Assembly: GCF_000007985.2 (NCBI RefSeq)
Contig: NC_002939.5
Span: forward strand, 1,590,001 to 1,622,000
Reading direction: 5' to 3'
From: Geobacter sulfurreducens PCA
GTDB lineage: Bacteria; Desulfobacterota; Desulfuromonadia; Geobacterales; Geobacteraceae
Length of the DNA stretch: 32,000 nt
The translations under genes and the position numbers were made by a program. Below, in pieces: positions 1 to 7,225 of the stretch. Position 1 is the stretch's first letter, and each line of letters starts with the position of its first letter. The notes below the pieces were generated by a model that did no database searches, was not told the DNA's origin, and saw only the letters and a program-made list of their open reading frames with translations.

Positions 1-1200
1 TCGCGGTGGATTGAGTACGACCAGGTCAAGACGTTCACCCTCCTCCACGAGTTCCTCAATCAGTTCGGCTGCATCACCCGCCTCGAAGCTGCAGTTGTGG
101 ATGCGGTTCAGCCGGGCGTTGCTTTCGGCGTCGTTTACCGCCGCTTCCACAACTTCAATGCCGTGAACCTCGCGGGCCGTGCCCGCGAGAAAGAGTGCGA
201 TGCCACCGATGCCGCAGTAAAGATCGACAACGGACTCCTTGCCGGTCAGGCTGCTCCATTGGCGGACCGTCTCGTATATGATCCGGGCCCCGCCGCTGTT
301 TACCTGAAAGAAGGACCGGGGTGAAATGGTGAAGCGGATGCCGCCCAACTCCTCCGTAAGGGCATGCTGGCGGGTCAGAAAGTAGTCCCGCTGTCCGAGG
401 ATGACATTCCCCTCCGATGAGTTGACGTTCTGAACAACTACCTCGACCTGGGGGACGCTCTGCTGCAGGTGCTTCGCCAGGTGGTGGATTTCATTGTAGT
501 TGCGCTCGACCGTGACAAACACCGCCATGGCCGTGCCCGTCCGTTCCGAAATCCGTACCACCAGATAACGGAGAAGGCCGCTTCCGGTCCGCGGATTGTA
601 GACCTGGACCTTGCACTTGGCGATTCCCTCCTTCACGGCTGTAACGACTCGGTTGATAAGAGGATGATGGAGGGGGCATGTGCCGATATCCATGACCTGA
701 TGGCTGTTGCGTCGGTAAATGCCGATCACCGGGCGGCGGAACGTCCCAGAAACCACCAGTTTCGCCGAGTTGCGATAGTGAAGCTGATTGGGGGAGGGAA
801 GTGTCGCCAGCACCTCCGCAGCGCCCAACGTCTGGTAGCGGCGGATCTGACGCTCGGTGAAGGTGCGCTTCCAGTTTAGCTGGTCCGGATAATGCATAAC
901 GATCAGCGGACAGCCGTCGCAACTGCCGGCCCTTTTACAGGAGGGCTGTGCAAGTCTTGCCCGCGATGGGGTGAGCACCTCGACCGCTTCTGCGTGGAGG
1001 TGCCTTTTGCCCACGTGGGTAAGGCGAGCCCGCACCCGTTCATCAGGTAAAGCCCCTATCACATGGACGTTGGTACCGTCATGGGTGCCGATACCGTTTC
1101 CATCCTCGTCGAGGGCGGTAACGGCAAGCTCGATCAGATCACCTCGTTTGGAGGAGGGGCCGGCTGCGAGTACGGTTTTGGGAGATCGTTTTTTATTCAT
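1..1200 (-). CDS. rlmD: 23S rRNA (uracil-5-)-methyltransferase, RlmD/RumA family (TRAM + Fe-S cluster + SAM methyltransferase); C-terminus lies beyond the left edge
   Basis: Absent from the ORF track because no stop codon lies in the window. Hand translation of the reverse strand from ATG (complement of 1198-1200) gives MNKKRSPKTVLAAGPSSKRGDLIELAVTALDEDGNGIG... The cluster cysteines are SCKRAGSCDGCPL plus GTCPLHH. The SAM-binding motif is VVDLYCGIGGIALFLAG (complement of about 181-240), and DLVVLNPPR lies at the edge. 400 codons are open and in frame to position 1. Confidence 0.85.
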   Translation of the reverse strand, partial: MNKKRSPKTVLAAGPSSKRGDLIELAVTALDEDGNGIGTHDGTNVHVIGALPDERVRARLTHVGKRHLHAEAVEVLTPSRARLAQPSCKRAGSCDGCPLIVMHYPDQLNWKRTFTERQIRRYQTLGAAEVLATLPSPNQLHYRNSAKLVVSGTFRRPVIGIYRRNSHQVMDIGTCPLHHPLINRVVTAVKEGIAKCKVQVYNPRTGSGLLRYLVVRISERTGTAMAVFVTVERNYNEIHHLAKHLQQSVPQVEVVVQNVNSSEGNVILGQRDYFLTRQHALTEELGGIRFTISPRSFFQVNSGGARIIYETVRQWSSLTGKESVVDLYCGIGGIALFLAGTAREVHGIEVVEAAVNDAESNARLNRIHNCSFEAGDAAELIEELVEEGERLDLVVLNPPR

Positions 1201-1206
1201 GGCTTC

Positions 1207-1236
1207 AGTTAAACAGGAATCTTCAGGGATTGTCAA
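1207..1236 (-). promoter_or_regulatory. Candidate sigma70 promoter for rlmD (TTGACA-18-TTAACT)
   Basis: On the reverse strand TTGACA is the complement of 1231-1236 and TTAACT the complement of 1207-1212. The -10 matches consensus at only 3/6 positions and ends 6 nt before the ATG. Confidence 0.3.
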
Positions 1237-1269
1237 TGACTCAGGCCGGTGGATGAACAGTGGTTTGAG

Positions 1270-1298
1270 TTGCATCCTGAGAAGAATTTTACTAATAT
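1270..1298 (+). promoter_or_regulatory. Candidate sigma70 promoter of the polysaccharide operon (TTGCAT-17-TAATAT)
   Basis: TTGCAT at 1270-1275, an exact 17-nt spacer, TAATAT at 1293-1298. It sits about 48 nt upstream of the ATG at 1347 in the AT-rich divergent intergenic region. Confidence 0.55.
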
Positions 1299-1346
1299 TT
1301 TCAATTTTTCCATGCAACGGCTAGCAGTTCAGGGGGCATCTGAGAC

Positions 1347-2459
1347 ATGGTCGAGCTTTACTTGCATCTGCTAACTACCGGCATGATCAGGGATTTCATC
1401 GTTGCGGTGAATATCCTGCTCTTTGTCGTCACACTCGGTCTTTTCCTGACCCTTTTGTTTCACAAGGTTTACGTGGAGAGGCGCACCCGCCGCCTTGCTG
1501 CTCTCAAGGAGCGGTATCTCGAAGAGCTGACGCACAAATGCTATGAACCAACCCTTGCGATCCCGAAGCCGACCACGGCACTGGAGTACGATGCTCTTGG
1601 CGCCGTGTTTGCCACGATGCTCGTGAACGTCTCCGGCGCCATGGCCGCCAGCGTGCGATGCTTCATCCGCGAACTGGGCATTGATGCCTATTACCGGGCT
1701 CGCGTCCGGTCCCGCTCGTGGGTGAAGAGGTATGTGGCGGTCGAGAAACTCGGCTATTTCGGCTTTCCCGAGCTGAAGCCCCTGTTTCGTTCACTGCTCG
1801 ATACCGAGAGGGATACGCGGATCATTCCCAAGCTCGTCTGGGCTCTCAGCGTGATTGCCGACCGTGACGACGTGCCATTCATCAATCGCGTCCTGAAAGA
1901 TCCCCTGTTCATGTCAGCCAAGTTCAACGAATATATTTACACGAATATTATTCGTGCGTTCCGTGAGCGGGATCAGGAGCAGGAACTGCTGGAACTGTTC
2001 ACATTTCTCATGGACGACGAAGCGCTGCCGGTCATTCTCAAGCGGGATATCATCCAGGCGTGCGGCAGCGAGATGTTCCTCATCGCCAAGGATCTTGCAG
2101 CTGACTGCTTCCGCCGCTTCCACGAAGTGGCCGAGATGCGGATCGCCTGCATTCGCACTCTGCAGCGTTTTTCGGCGGTGGACACGGAGGTGCTTCTGAG
2201 CGAATGCCTCCGGGATACCGATTGGCGAATCAGAGGCGTTGCCGCCAAGAGTGCCCACCTTTACTCCCCGGCAGTCGTGGGTTCATTGCGGCAGCTGCTC
2301 CACGACGAAAGCTACCACGTGCGGATTAATTCCGCACTCTCTCTCTCCAGAATGGGAGAGGCGGGGCTCGAAGTCCTCGTGGATGCAACCCGGAGCGAGG
2401 ACCGGTTCGTGCGCGATGTTTCTCAATACGTGCTGAAGAGGCTCATCTATGCTTCATAA
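1347..2459 (+). CDS. Membrane-anchored HEAT-repeat (PBS-lyase HEAT-like) protein, first gene of the polysaccharide operon
   Basis: 370-aa ORF. It has an N-terminal hydrophobic helix (IRDFIVAVNILLFVVTLGLFLTLLF) followed by RRTRR. Repeated HEAT-like units include SWVKRYVAVEKLGYFG, DWRIRGVAAKSAH, SYHVRINSALSLSRMGEAG and DRFVRDVSQYVLKRL. Its stop overlaps the next start by 11 nt. Confidence 0.8.
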   Translation: MVELYLHLLTTGMIRDFIVAVNILLFVVTLGLFLTLLFHKVYVERRTRRLAALKERYLEELTHKCYEPTLAIPKPTTALEYDALGAVFATMLVNVSGAMAASVRCFIRELGIDAYYRARVRSRSWVKRYVAVEKLGYFGFPELKPLFRSLLDTERDTRIIPKLVWALSVIADRDDVPFINRVLKDPLFMSAKFNEYIYTNIIRAFRERDQEQELLELFTFLMDDEALPVILKRDIIQACGSEMFLIAKDLAADCFRRFHEVAEMRIACIRTLQRFSAVDTEVLLSECLRDTDWRIRGVAAKSAHLYSPAVVGSLRQLLHDESYHVRINSALSLSRMGEAGLEVLVDATRSEDRFVRDVSQYVLKRLIYAS

Positions 2460-3867
2460 CATCGTTGCCTTCCTGCTGGCGATCCAGCCGGTGATCTTCA
2501 TTTATTTCATCGTGCTGAACGGGTTCTACACCCTGTTCACCATCATCTCCCTGCGTGACATCCGCAACTATCTGAATGCCGTCACGAGCCAGAGCATCGA
2601 CAACGTGCTCAACGGGATGTTCTATCGGCCCCTGTCTATCCTCGTGCCCGCCTACAACGAGGAAAAGACCATCGTTTCCTCGGTGAAGTCGCTGCTCGCC
2701 CTGCGGTATCCCGAGTACGAAGTCATCGTCATCAACGACGGGTCCACCGACGGCACTCTTGAAAGTCTCATCAACGAATTCCGTCTTGTCCGGATCGACA
2801 AGCCCATCAGCCTGCATGTTCCCCATCGGCCGATCATTGCCAAGTACGTTTCCGTCGACCATCCCTACCTCTTCGTGCTGGACAAGGAGAACGGCGGCAA
2901 GGCCGATGCCCTCAACGCGGGGATAAACGCTTCCCAGTTTCCCCTGTTCTGCTCGATCGATGCCGACTCCGTGCTTGAGGACGATGCGCTCATCCGTGCG
3001 ACGCGGCTTTTCGTGGAAGACCGGGAGGTCGTTGCCACCGGCGGTATCGTGCGGGTCCTTAACGGTTGCGAGGTGGAGGACGGCATCGTCAAGGGGGTCC
3101 GCGCTCCCCGGGGGATGCTGGAGTGCTTCCAGACTGTGGAGTACACCAAGGGGTTCCTCTCGGGGCGGACATCGTGGAATTACTTCAGGAGCTTGCTGAT
3201 CATCTCGGGCGCCTTCGGCATCTTCCGCAAGGACATGGTGATGGCCGTCAAAGGGTACCGCGAGAGCGTGGGCGAGGACATGGACTTGGTGGTGCGGCTC
3301 CACCGCCATTGCCGCCAGAACCGGATTCGCTACAAGGTAGTGTTTGTGCCCGATCCTGTCTGTTGGACCCAGGTTCCTTCGGATATGGCATCGCTCCTCA
3401 AACAGCGCAATCGCTGGCACCGTGGCCTCATTGACAGCCTTTGGCACAACAGGGGCATGTTCCTCAACCCCCGCTACGGTACGGTCGGACTGTTCGGGTT
3501 CCCCTATTTTGTTACGGTTGAACTACTCGGGCCGGCAGTTGAATTTATTGGCTATTTCGGCTTCGTGCTTCTCTTTTTCCTGGGTCAGGTGAATCGCGAG
3601 TTTGCAATTCTCTTTTTCCTCCTGGCTGTTCTCTGGGGAACTTGGATTAATCTCGGCTCCATCTTTCTCGATAACCTCATTTACAAGCGCTACAAGGGGT
3701 TGGGCGACGTCCTGAAGCTTTGCCTCTTCGGTCTACTCGAATTTTTCGGGTACCGGCAGATCATCGTGGTTGAACGGCTCATCGCCACGTTCATGTTCTG
3801 GAAAAAGGGGTGGGGCAAGCCCAAGCGAAAGGAGATCGATGGTGAAGTGTCTGGTTCGGTTGCCTAG
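2449..3867 (+). CDS. Processive family-2 glycosyltransferase (PgaC/IcaA/NodC-like polysaccharide synthase)
   Basis: 472-aa ORF with N- and C-terminal TM helices. GT2 synthase motifs are PAYNEE, VINDGSTDGT, the DxD motif SIDADS, GAFGIFRK, GEDMDL and the QxxRW motif QRNRWHRG. Confidence 0.9.
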   Translation: MLHNIVAFLLAIQPVIFIYFIVLNGFYTLFTIISLRDIRNYLNAVTSQSIDNVLNGMFYRPLSILVPAYNEEKTIVSSVKSLLALRYPEYEVIVINDGSTDGTLESLINEFRLVRIDKPISLHVPHRPIIAKYVSVDHPYLFVLDKENGGKADALNAGINASQFPLFCSIDADSVLEDDALIRATRLFVEDREVVATGGIVRVLNGCEVEDGIVKGVRAPRGMLECFQTVEYTKGFLSGRTSWNYFRSLLIISGAFGIFRKDMVMAVKGYRESVGEDMDLVVRLHRHCRQNRIRYKVVFVPDPVCWTQVPSDMASLLKQRNRWHRGLIDSLWHNRGMFLNPRYGTVGLFGFPYFVTVELLGPAVEFIGYFGFVLLFFLGQVNREFAILFFLLAVLWGTWINLGSIFLDNLIYKRYKGLGDVLKLCLFGLLEFFGYRQIIVVERLIATFMFWKKGWGKPKRKEIDGEVSGSVA

Positions 3868-4036
3868 CAGGATACTCTATCTGGTGCCGCGGGTGCTGCT
3901 CCTGGCCCTGTTCCTGACCTACGTGACGTTCATGCTCCTGTCTTCCTATGAATGGTTCCGTCCCGTGGAGGTGGCCGTCCAGGGGGCACTGGCGAAACTG
4001 GTGCAGGGTGCGGCCGGCTTGTGGAGCAGGCTATGA
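3839..4036 (+). CDS. Small (65 aa) single-pass membrane protein. It is either a PgaD/IcaD-like synthase accessory or the detached signal-anchor of the next gene.
   Basis: Internal ATG of ORF 3770..4036, preceded by AAGGAG at 3829-3834. The product is MVKCLVRLPSRILYLVPRVLLLALFLTYVTFMLLSSYEWF... It overlaps the GT2 3' end by 29 nt, and its TGA (4034-4036) overlaps the next ATG (4033-4035) as ATGA. Confidence 0.5.
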   Translation: MVKCLVRLPSRILYLVPRVLLLALFLTYVTFMLLSSYEWFRPVEVAVQGALAKLVQGAAGLWSRL

Positions 4037-6450
4037 CGGGCAAGCCGCTGACCGACTATGTGGCTCTCGGATTCACGGCCCTGGAACGGGGCGACTGCCA
4101 GGAGGCGGTCAACATCTTCCGTCGGGCCCAGGAGACGGGACCGACTGCCCGGAGTTTCGTGGGGCTCGGCCTTGCCTTTCACCGGCTCGGCGATCCGCCG
4201 GCAGCCCGCTGGGCCTTTGCCAAGGCCCTCGACCTGGAGCCTGCCGACCGGGATGCCAACGAGTGGATCGAACGGATCGGCAGACCTGCCGTGCCGGCGC
4301 GGACCAGCGGGGGCCGCGGATGCCGTTTCCGGGCCGGTGAGGATTTCCTGCAGATCAAGGAGAATGGTTCCTGGCGCAGGTTCTTCATCAAGGGAATCAA
4401 CCTGGGGCTGGGCCTGCCGGGGTACTTCCCGGGCGAGTACCCTATTCACCGGGAGACCTATCGCCGGTGGTTCCGGCTCATGGGAGAGCTGGGGGTGAAC
4501 TCGCTACGGGTCTACGCGGTGCAGTCCCCTGGATTCTACGAAGCGCTGGCCGATCATAACGAGCAGGGGGGACGGCTTTTCCTCTTTCAGGGAATCTGGC
4601 TGGAGCTGCCCGAAGATGGCGATTTCCGCGGCCGGGACTTTCTGGCGTATGCCCATCGGCAGATTCGCGAGGCGGTGGACTCGGTCTGCGGCAGTGCCGA
4701 CTTCCCCGAGCGCCCCGGCCTGCCCCACGGTTCCTACCGCCGCGACGTTTCCCCCTGGACTGCCGCCTATGTGGTCGGCCGTGAATGGGAAAGCTGCGCG
4801 GTACGCGCTTTCAACGGGCGCTACGGCCGCAAGCGGGGCGGTTTTGCCGGCCAGTTCCTGAAGGTTGACGACGGGCTCCCCTTTGAGCAATGGGCCGCCG
4901 AGATCTGCGACTACCTCCAATCCTACGAGCATGCCACCTATGACTGCACCCATCCGGTAACCACCATCAACTGGCCGACACTGGACCCCCTGACCCATCC
5001 GTCGGAGTCCACCTACGAAGAGGGGCTCATTCGCCAGGGTTTCCAGGTGAACGTGGACGTCTGCAATGAGGACGAGGACGTGGAGACCTTTGATCCCGCG
5101 CTCATCGCCTCGCGGCAAGGGGCGGGGTTCTTTGCCACCTATCACGTCTATCCCTACTATCCCGATTTTCTCAACAACGACTTCCTGGATGTCGAAAACC
5201 CCTACCGGGAGTACCTGAAGCGGCTCAGACGCCACCATGGTCGACAGCCTGTGGTTATCGCCGAGTTCGGGGTGCCGTCGAGCCGTGAGGCAACTCACTG
5301 GCAGCGAGATGGCTGGCATCATGGCGGTCATGACGAGGTCTCCCAAGGGAAAATCAATGGTTACATGATGGAGGCCATCCGCGACGCGGGGCTGGCCGGG
5401 GGGATGCTGTTCAGCTGGTTTGACGAGTGGTTCAAGCGAAACTGGGTCTTTCTTCCCTATGAACTCCCGGCCGAACGCAACCCCTTTTGGTTCAATCACC
5501 AGGATGCCGAGCAGACCTACGGCCTCATGGCCGCCTATCCCGGTTATCCCGGCAAGGTCGTGACCCTGGCCGGACGACGTGAAGAATGGCGTGACGCCTC
5601 GCTCCTCCAGGAGAAGAGGGGAGGCGCCCCCCTGCACCGTTTCGGCGACGGCCGCGACGGGGCGCGAACCCTCGTGCGGCTTTCAGCGCGGCACGATGAG
5701 GGATTTTTCTATCTCTGCCTCGAAACGGCCGAACCGGTCGATTTCAGCGCGGCCCACTACCTGATTGGCCTCAATACCTGTGGGGCGAAGGCGGGGGAGA
5801 CGCTTCTCCCCTTCGACACCAACGCCCGAAGCCCGCTGGGGCTCACCTTCCTGATCCATCTGGCCGGCGAGGGCGCGAGCCGCATCCTGGTAAGCCGTTT
5901 CTACGACAAATATCTCAATGAGGGACTGCCGGTCCGCCCCGTGCCGTCCGATACGGGAGAGTGGGTGGTCATGCAGAACATCACCAACCACCGCCGCATC
6001 AGCAAGGACGGCACCCGGTTCTACCCCTCCCGGGTCTTCTCCATGAGCGGGCTGCGCTTCGGCAGCCTCGATCCGCAAAGTCCCCGCTTCGACTCCCTGG
6101 CCGACTGGCATGTCTCGGGCACTCTGATTGAGCTTCGGCTGCCCTGGGGGCTCCTGAACATCACCGACCCCAGTTCCCGGCAGGTCCTCTGGATGGCGGA
6201 ACAAGGGGGCAAGACCCACACCACCGACGGCATTGCCGCCATCGCGTGTTCTTATCGCCCGTCGGGCGAGGGGCTCGCCGCCCGTCCCACGGGCGGGCGG
6301 ACAAATCTGGCCGATTCCTTGCCCGCCGGTCTCGGCTCTGATGCCGTCCGACGCTATCAATGGGAGAGGTGGAACCACCCCCTGTACCACACCTATCTCA
6401 AGCGGAGCTACTACCTCTACCGGGATGTACTCGACCGGATGCCGGAGTGA
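4033..6450 (+). CDS. TPR-repeat protein fused to a TIM-barrel glycoside-hydrolase-like domain and a C-terminal beta-rich (carbohydrate-binding-like) region
   Basis: ORF 3952..6450. I prefer the ATG at 4033 because GGAG lies at 4023-4026 and the ATGA coupling fits. The N-terminus is TPR-like (YVALGFTALERGDCQEAVNIFRRAQE...AFHRLGDPPAARWAFAKALDLEP). It is followed by GVNSLRVYAV, LFLFQGIWLE, VVIAEFGVPSS and MLFSWFDEWFKRNW, which resemble clan GH-A barrels. No signal peptide is visible at either start. Confidence 0.75.
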   Translation: MTGKPLTDYVALGFTALERGDCQEAVNIFRRAQETGPTARSFVGLGLAFHRLGDPPAARWAFAKALDLEPADRDANEWIERIGRPAVPARTSGGRGCRFRAGEDFLQIKENGSWRRFFIKGINLGLGLPGYFPGEYPIHRETYRRWFRLMGELGVNSLRVYAVQSPGFYEALADHNEQGGRLFLFQGIWLELPEDGDFRGRDFLAYAHRQIREAVDSVCGSADFPERPGLPHGSYRRDVSPWTAAYVVGREWESCAVRAFNGRYGRKRGGFAGQFLKVDDGLPFEQWAAEICDYLQSYEHATYDCTHPVTTINWPTLDPLTHPSESTYEEGLIRQGFQVNVDVCNEDEDVETFDPALIASRQGAGFFATYHVYPYYPDFLNNDFLDVENPYREYLKRLRRHHGRQPVVIAEFGVPSSREATHWQRDGWHHGGHDEVSQGKINGYMMEAIRDAGLAGGMLFSWFDEWFKRNWVFLPYELPAERNPFWFNHQDAEQTYGLMAAYPGYPGKVVTLAGRREEWRDASLLQEKRGGAPLHRFGDGRDGARTLVRLSARHDEGFFYLCLETAEPVDFSAAHYLIGLNTCGAKAGETLLPFDTNARSPLGLTFLIHLAGEGASRILVSRFYDKYLNEGLPVRPVPSDTGEWVVMQNITNHRRISKDGTRFYPSRVFSMSGLRFGSLDPQSPRFDSLADWHVSGTLIELRLPWGLLNITDPSSRQVLWMAEQGGKTHTTDGIAAIACSYRPSGEGLAARPTGGRTNLADSLPAGLGSDAVRRYQWERWNHPLYHTYLKRSYYLYRDVLDRMPE

Positions 6451-6454
6451 TGCC

Positions 6455-7222
6455 GTGAACGTGAGCCGCAGACAATTTCTGATCATCGGGGGAGCTGCGC
6501 TGGCAGCCATGGCCGTCCCACTGCCGGTCTCGGCCCGGAAGGACACGGTGGTGCCGGTGCTCATGTACCACGATGTCTCCAACCATTTCCACGATCCCTT
6601 TACCATCTCACCCGCGCTCTTTGCCGCCCACATGGAGTGGCTCCATGCTGCCGGCTACCGGGCCGTGACGGTGGGGGAAGCCCTGGCCGGGCGGGGAGCC
6701 ACTGCCGGCAAAATGGTGGTTATCACGTTTGACGACGGCTATGCCTCGTTTCTGGACTATGTCCATCCGCTTCTGCTTCAGTATGGCTTCTCGGCCGCAA
6801 TTTCGGTCATCGGCAGTCATGTGGGGACCTGGCTGGAGCGGGATGGCCGCCGGCCCATGCTGAGCTGGGACGAGTATCGCTATCTGGCGGCGCGGCGAGT
6901 GGAGGTAGGGTGCCATGCCTATCATCTCCACGCCATCGAGCGGTTGCGGCATGCCTCGGCCGACGAATTGGCTGAAGATCTGGAGCTCTTTCAGAAGACC
7001 ATGGCGCGGGAGATGGGGCGGCGGGCTACGCTTCTGGCCTGGCCCTACGGAATCTACACGTCCGAGCGGGTTCAGATTGCCCGGCAGGCCGGATTTGTGC
7101 ACATTCTTACCTCCAACGAGGGATATGTGGATGACGGCACCGATCCGGGGGCGATCCCGCGGCTCAATATCGATAATCGGCTTGACCTTGTTTCGTTCAG
7201 TAATTATCTCAGGGGGGAATGA
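6455..7222 (+). CDS. Polysaccharide deacetylase (carbohydrate esterase family 4, PgaB/IcaB-like) with a twin-arginine signal peptide
   Basis: GTG at 6455 (or 6461) within ORF 6233..7222. The Tat motif is SRRQFLIIGGAALAAMAVPLPVSA. CE4 motifs are VLMYHDV, VVITFDDGY, GCHAYHLH and LLAWPYG. The 5' part of the ORF-track call overlaps the preceding gene and is rejected. Confidence 0.85.
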   Translation: MNVSRRQFLIIGGAALAAMAVPLPVSARKDTVVPVLMYHDVSNHFHDPFTISPALFAAHMEWLHAAGYRAVTVGEALAGRGATAGKMVVITFDDGYASFLDYVHPLLLQYGFSAAISVIGSHVGTWLERDGRRPMLSWDEYRYLAARRVEVGCHAYHLHAIERLRHASADELAEDLELFQKTMAREMGRRATLLAWPYGIYTSERVQIARQAGFVHILTSNEGYVDDGTDPGAIPRLNIDNRLDLVSFSNYLRGE

Positions 7223-7225
7223 AGA

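Noticed and set aside
1261-1275. Sigma54-like element TGGTTTGAGTTGCAT upstream of the polysaccharide operon.
   Set aside because: The GG and GC dinucleotides are 10 nt apart rather than the 12 nt (first G to G) required by the TGGCAC-N5-TTGC consensus. A good sigma70 promoter overlaps it.
97-1324. ORF-track calls 97..324(+), 469..879(+), 491..922(-) and 971..1324(+).
   Set aside because: All lie within or against the minus-strand rlmD gene. rlmD is open for 400 codons with TRAM, Fe-S and SAM motifs but is not listed because it has no stop in the window.
3952-4033. Programmed -1 ribosomal frameshift joining the 65-aa ORF to the TPR-glycosidase.
   Set aside because: The frames have the right relationship for -1. 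However, I found no X-XXY-YYZ slippery heptamer in the zero frame between 3952 and 4033. The G5 run is read as CAG-GGG-GCA, which is not slippery. An indel or true gene split is more plausible.
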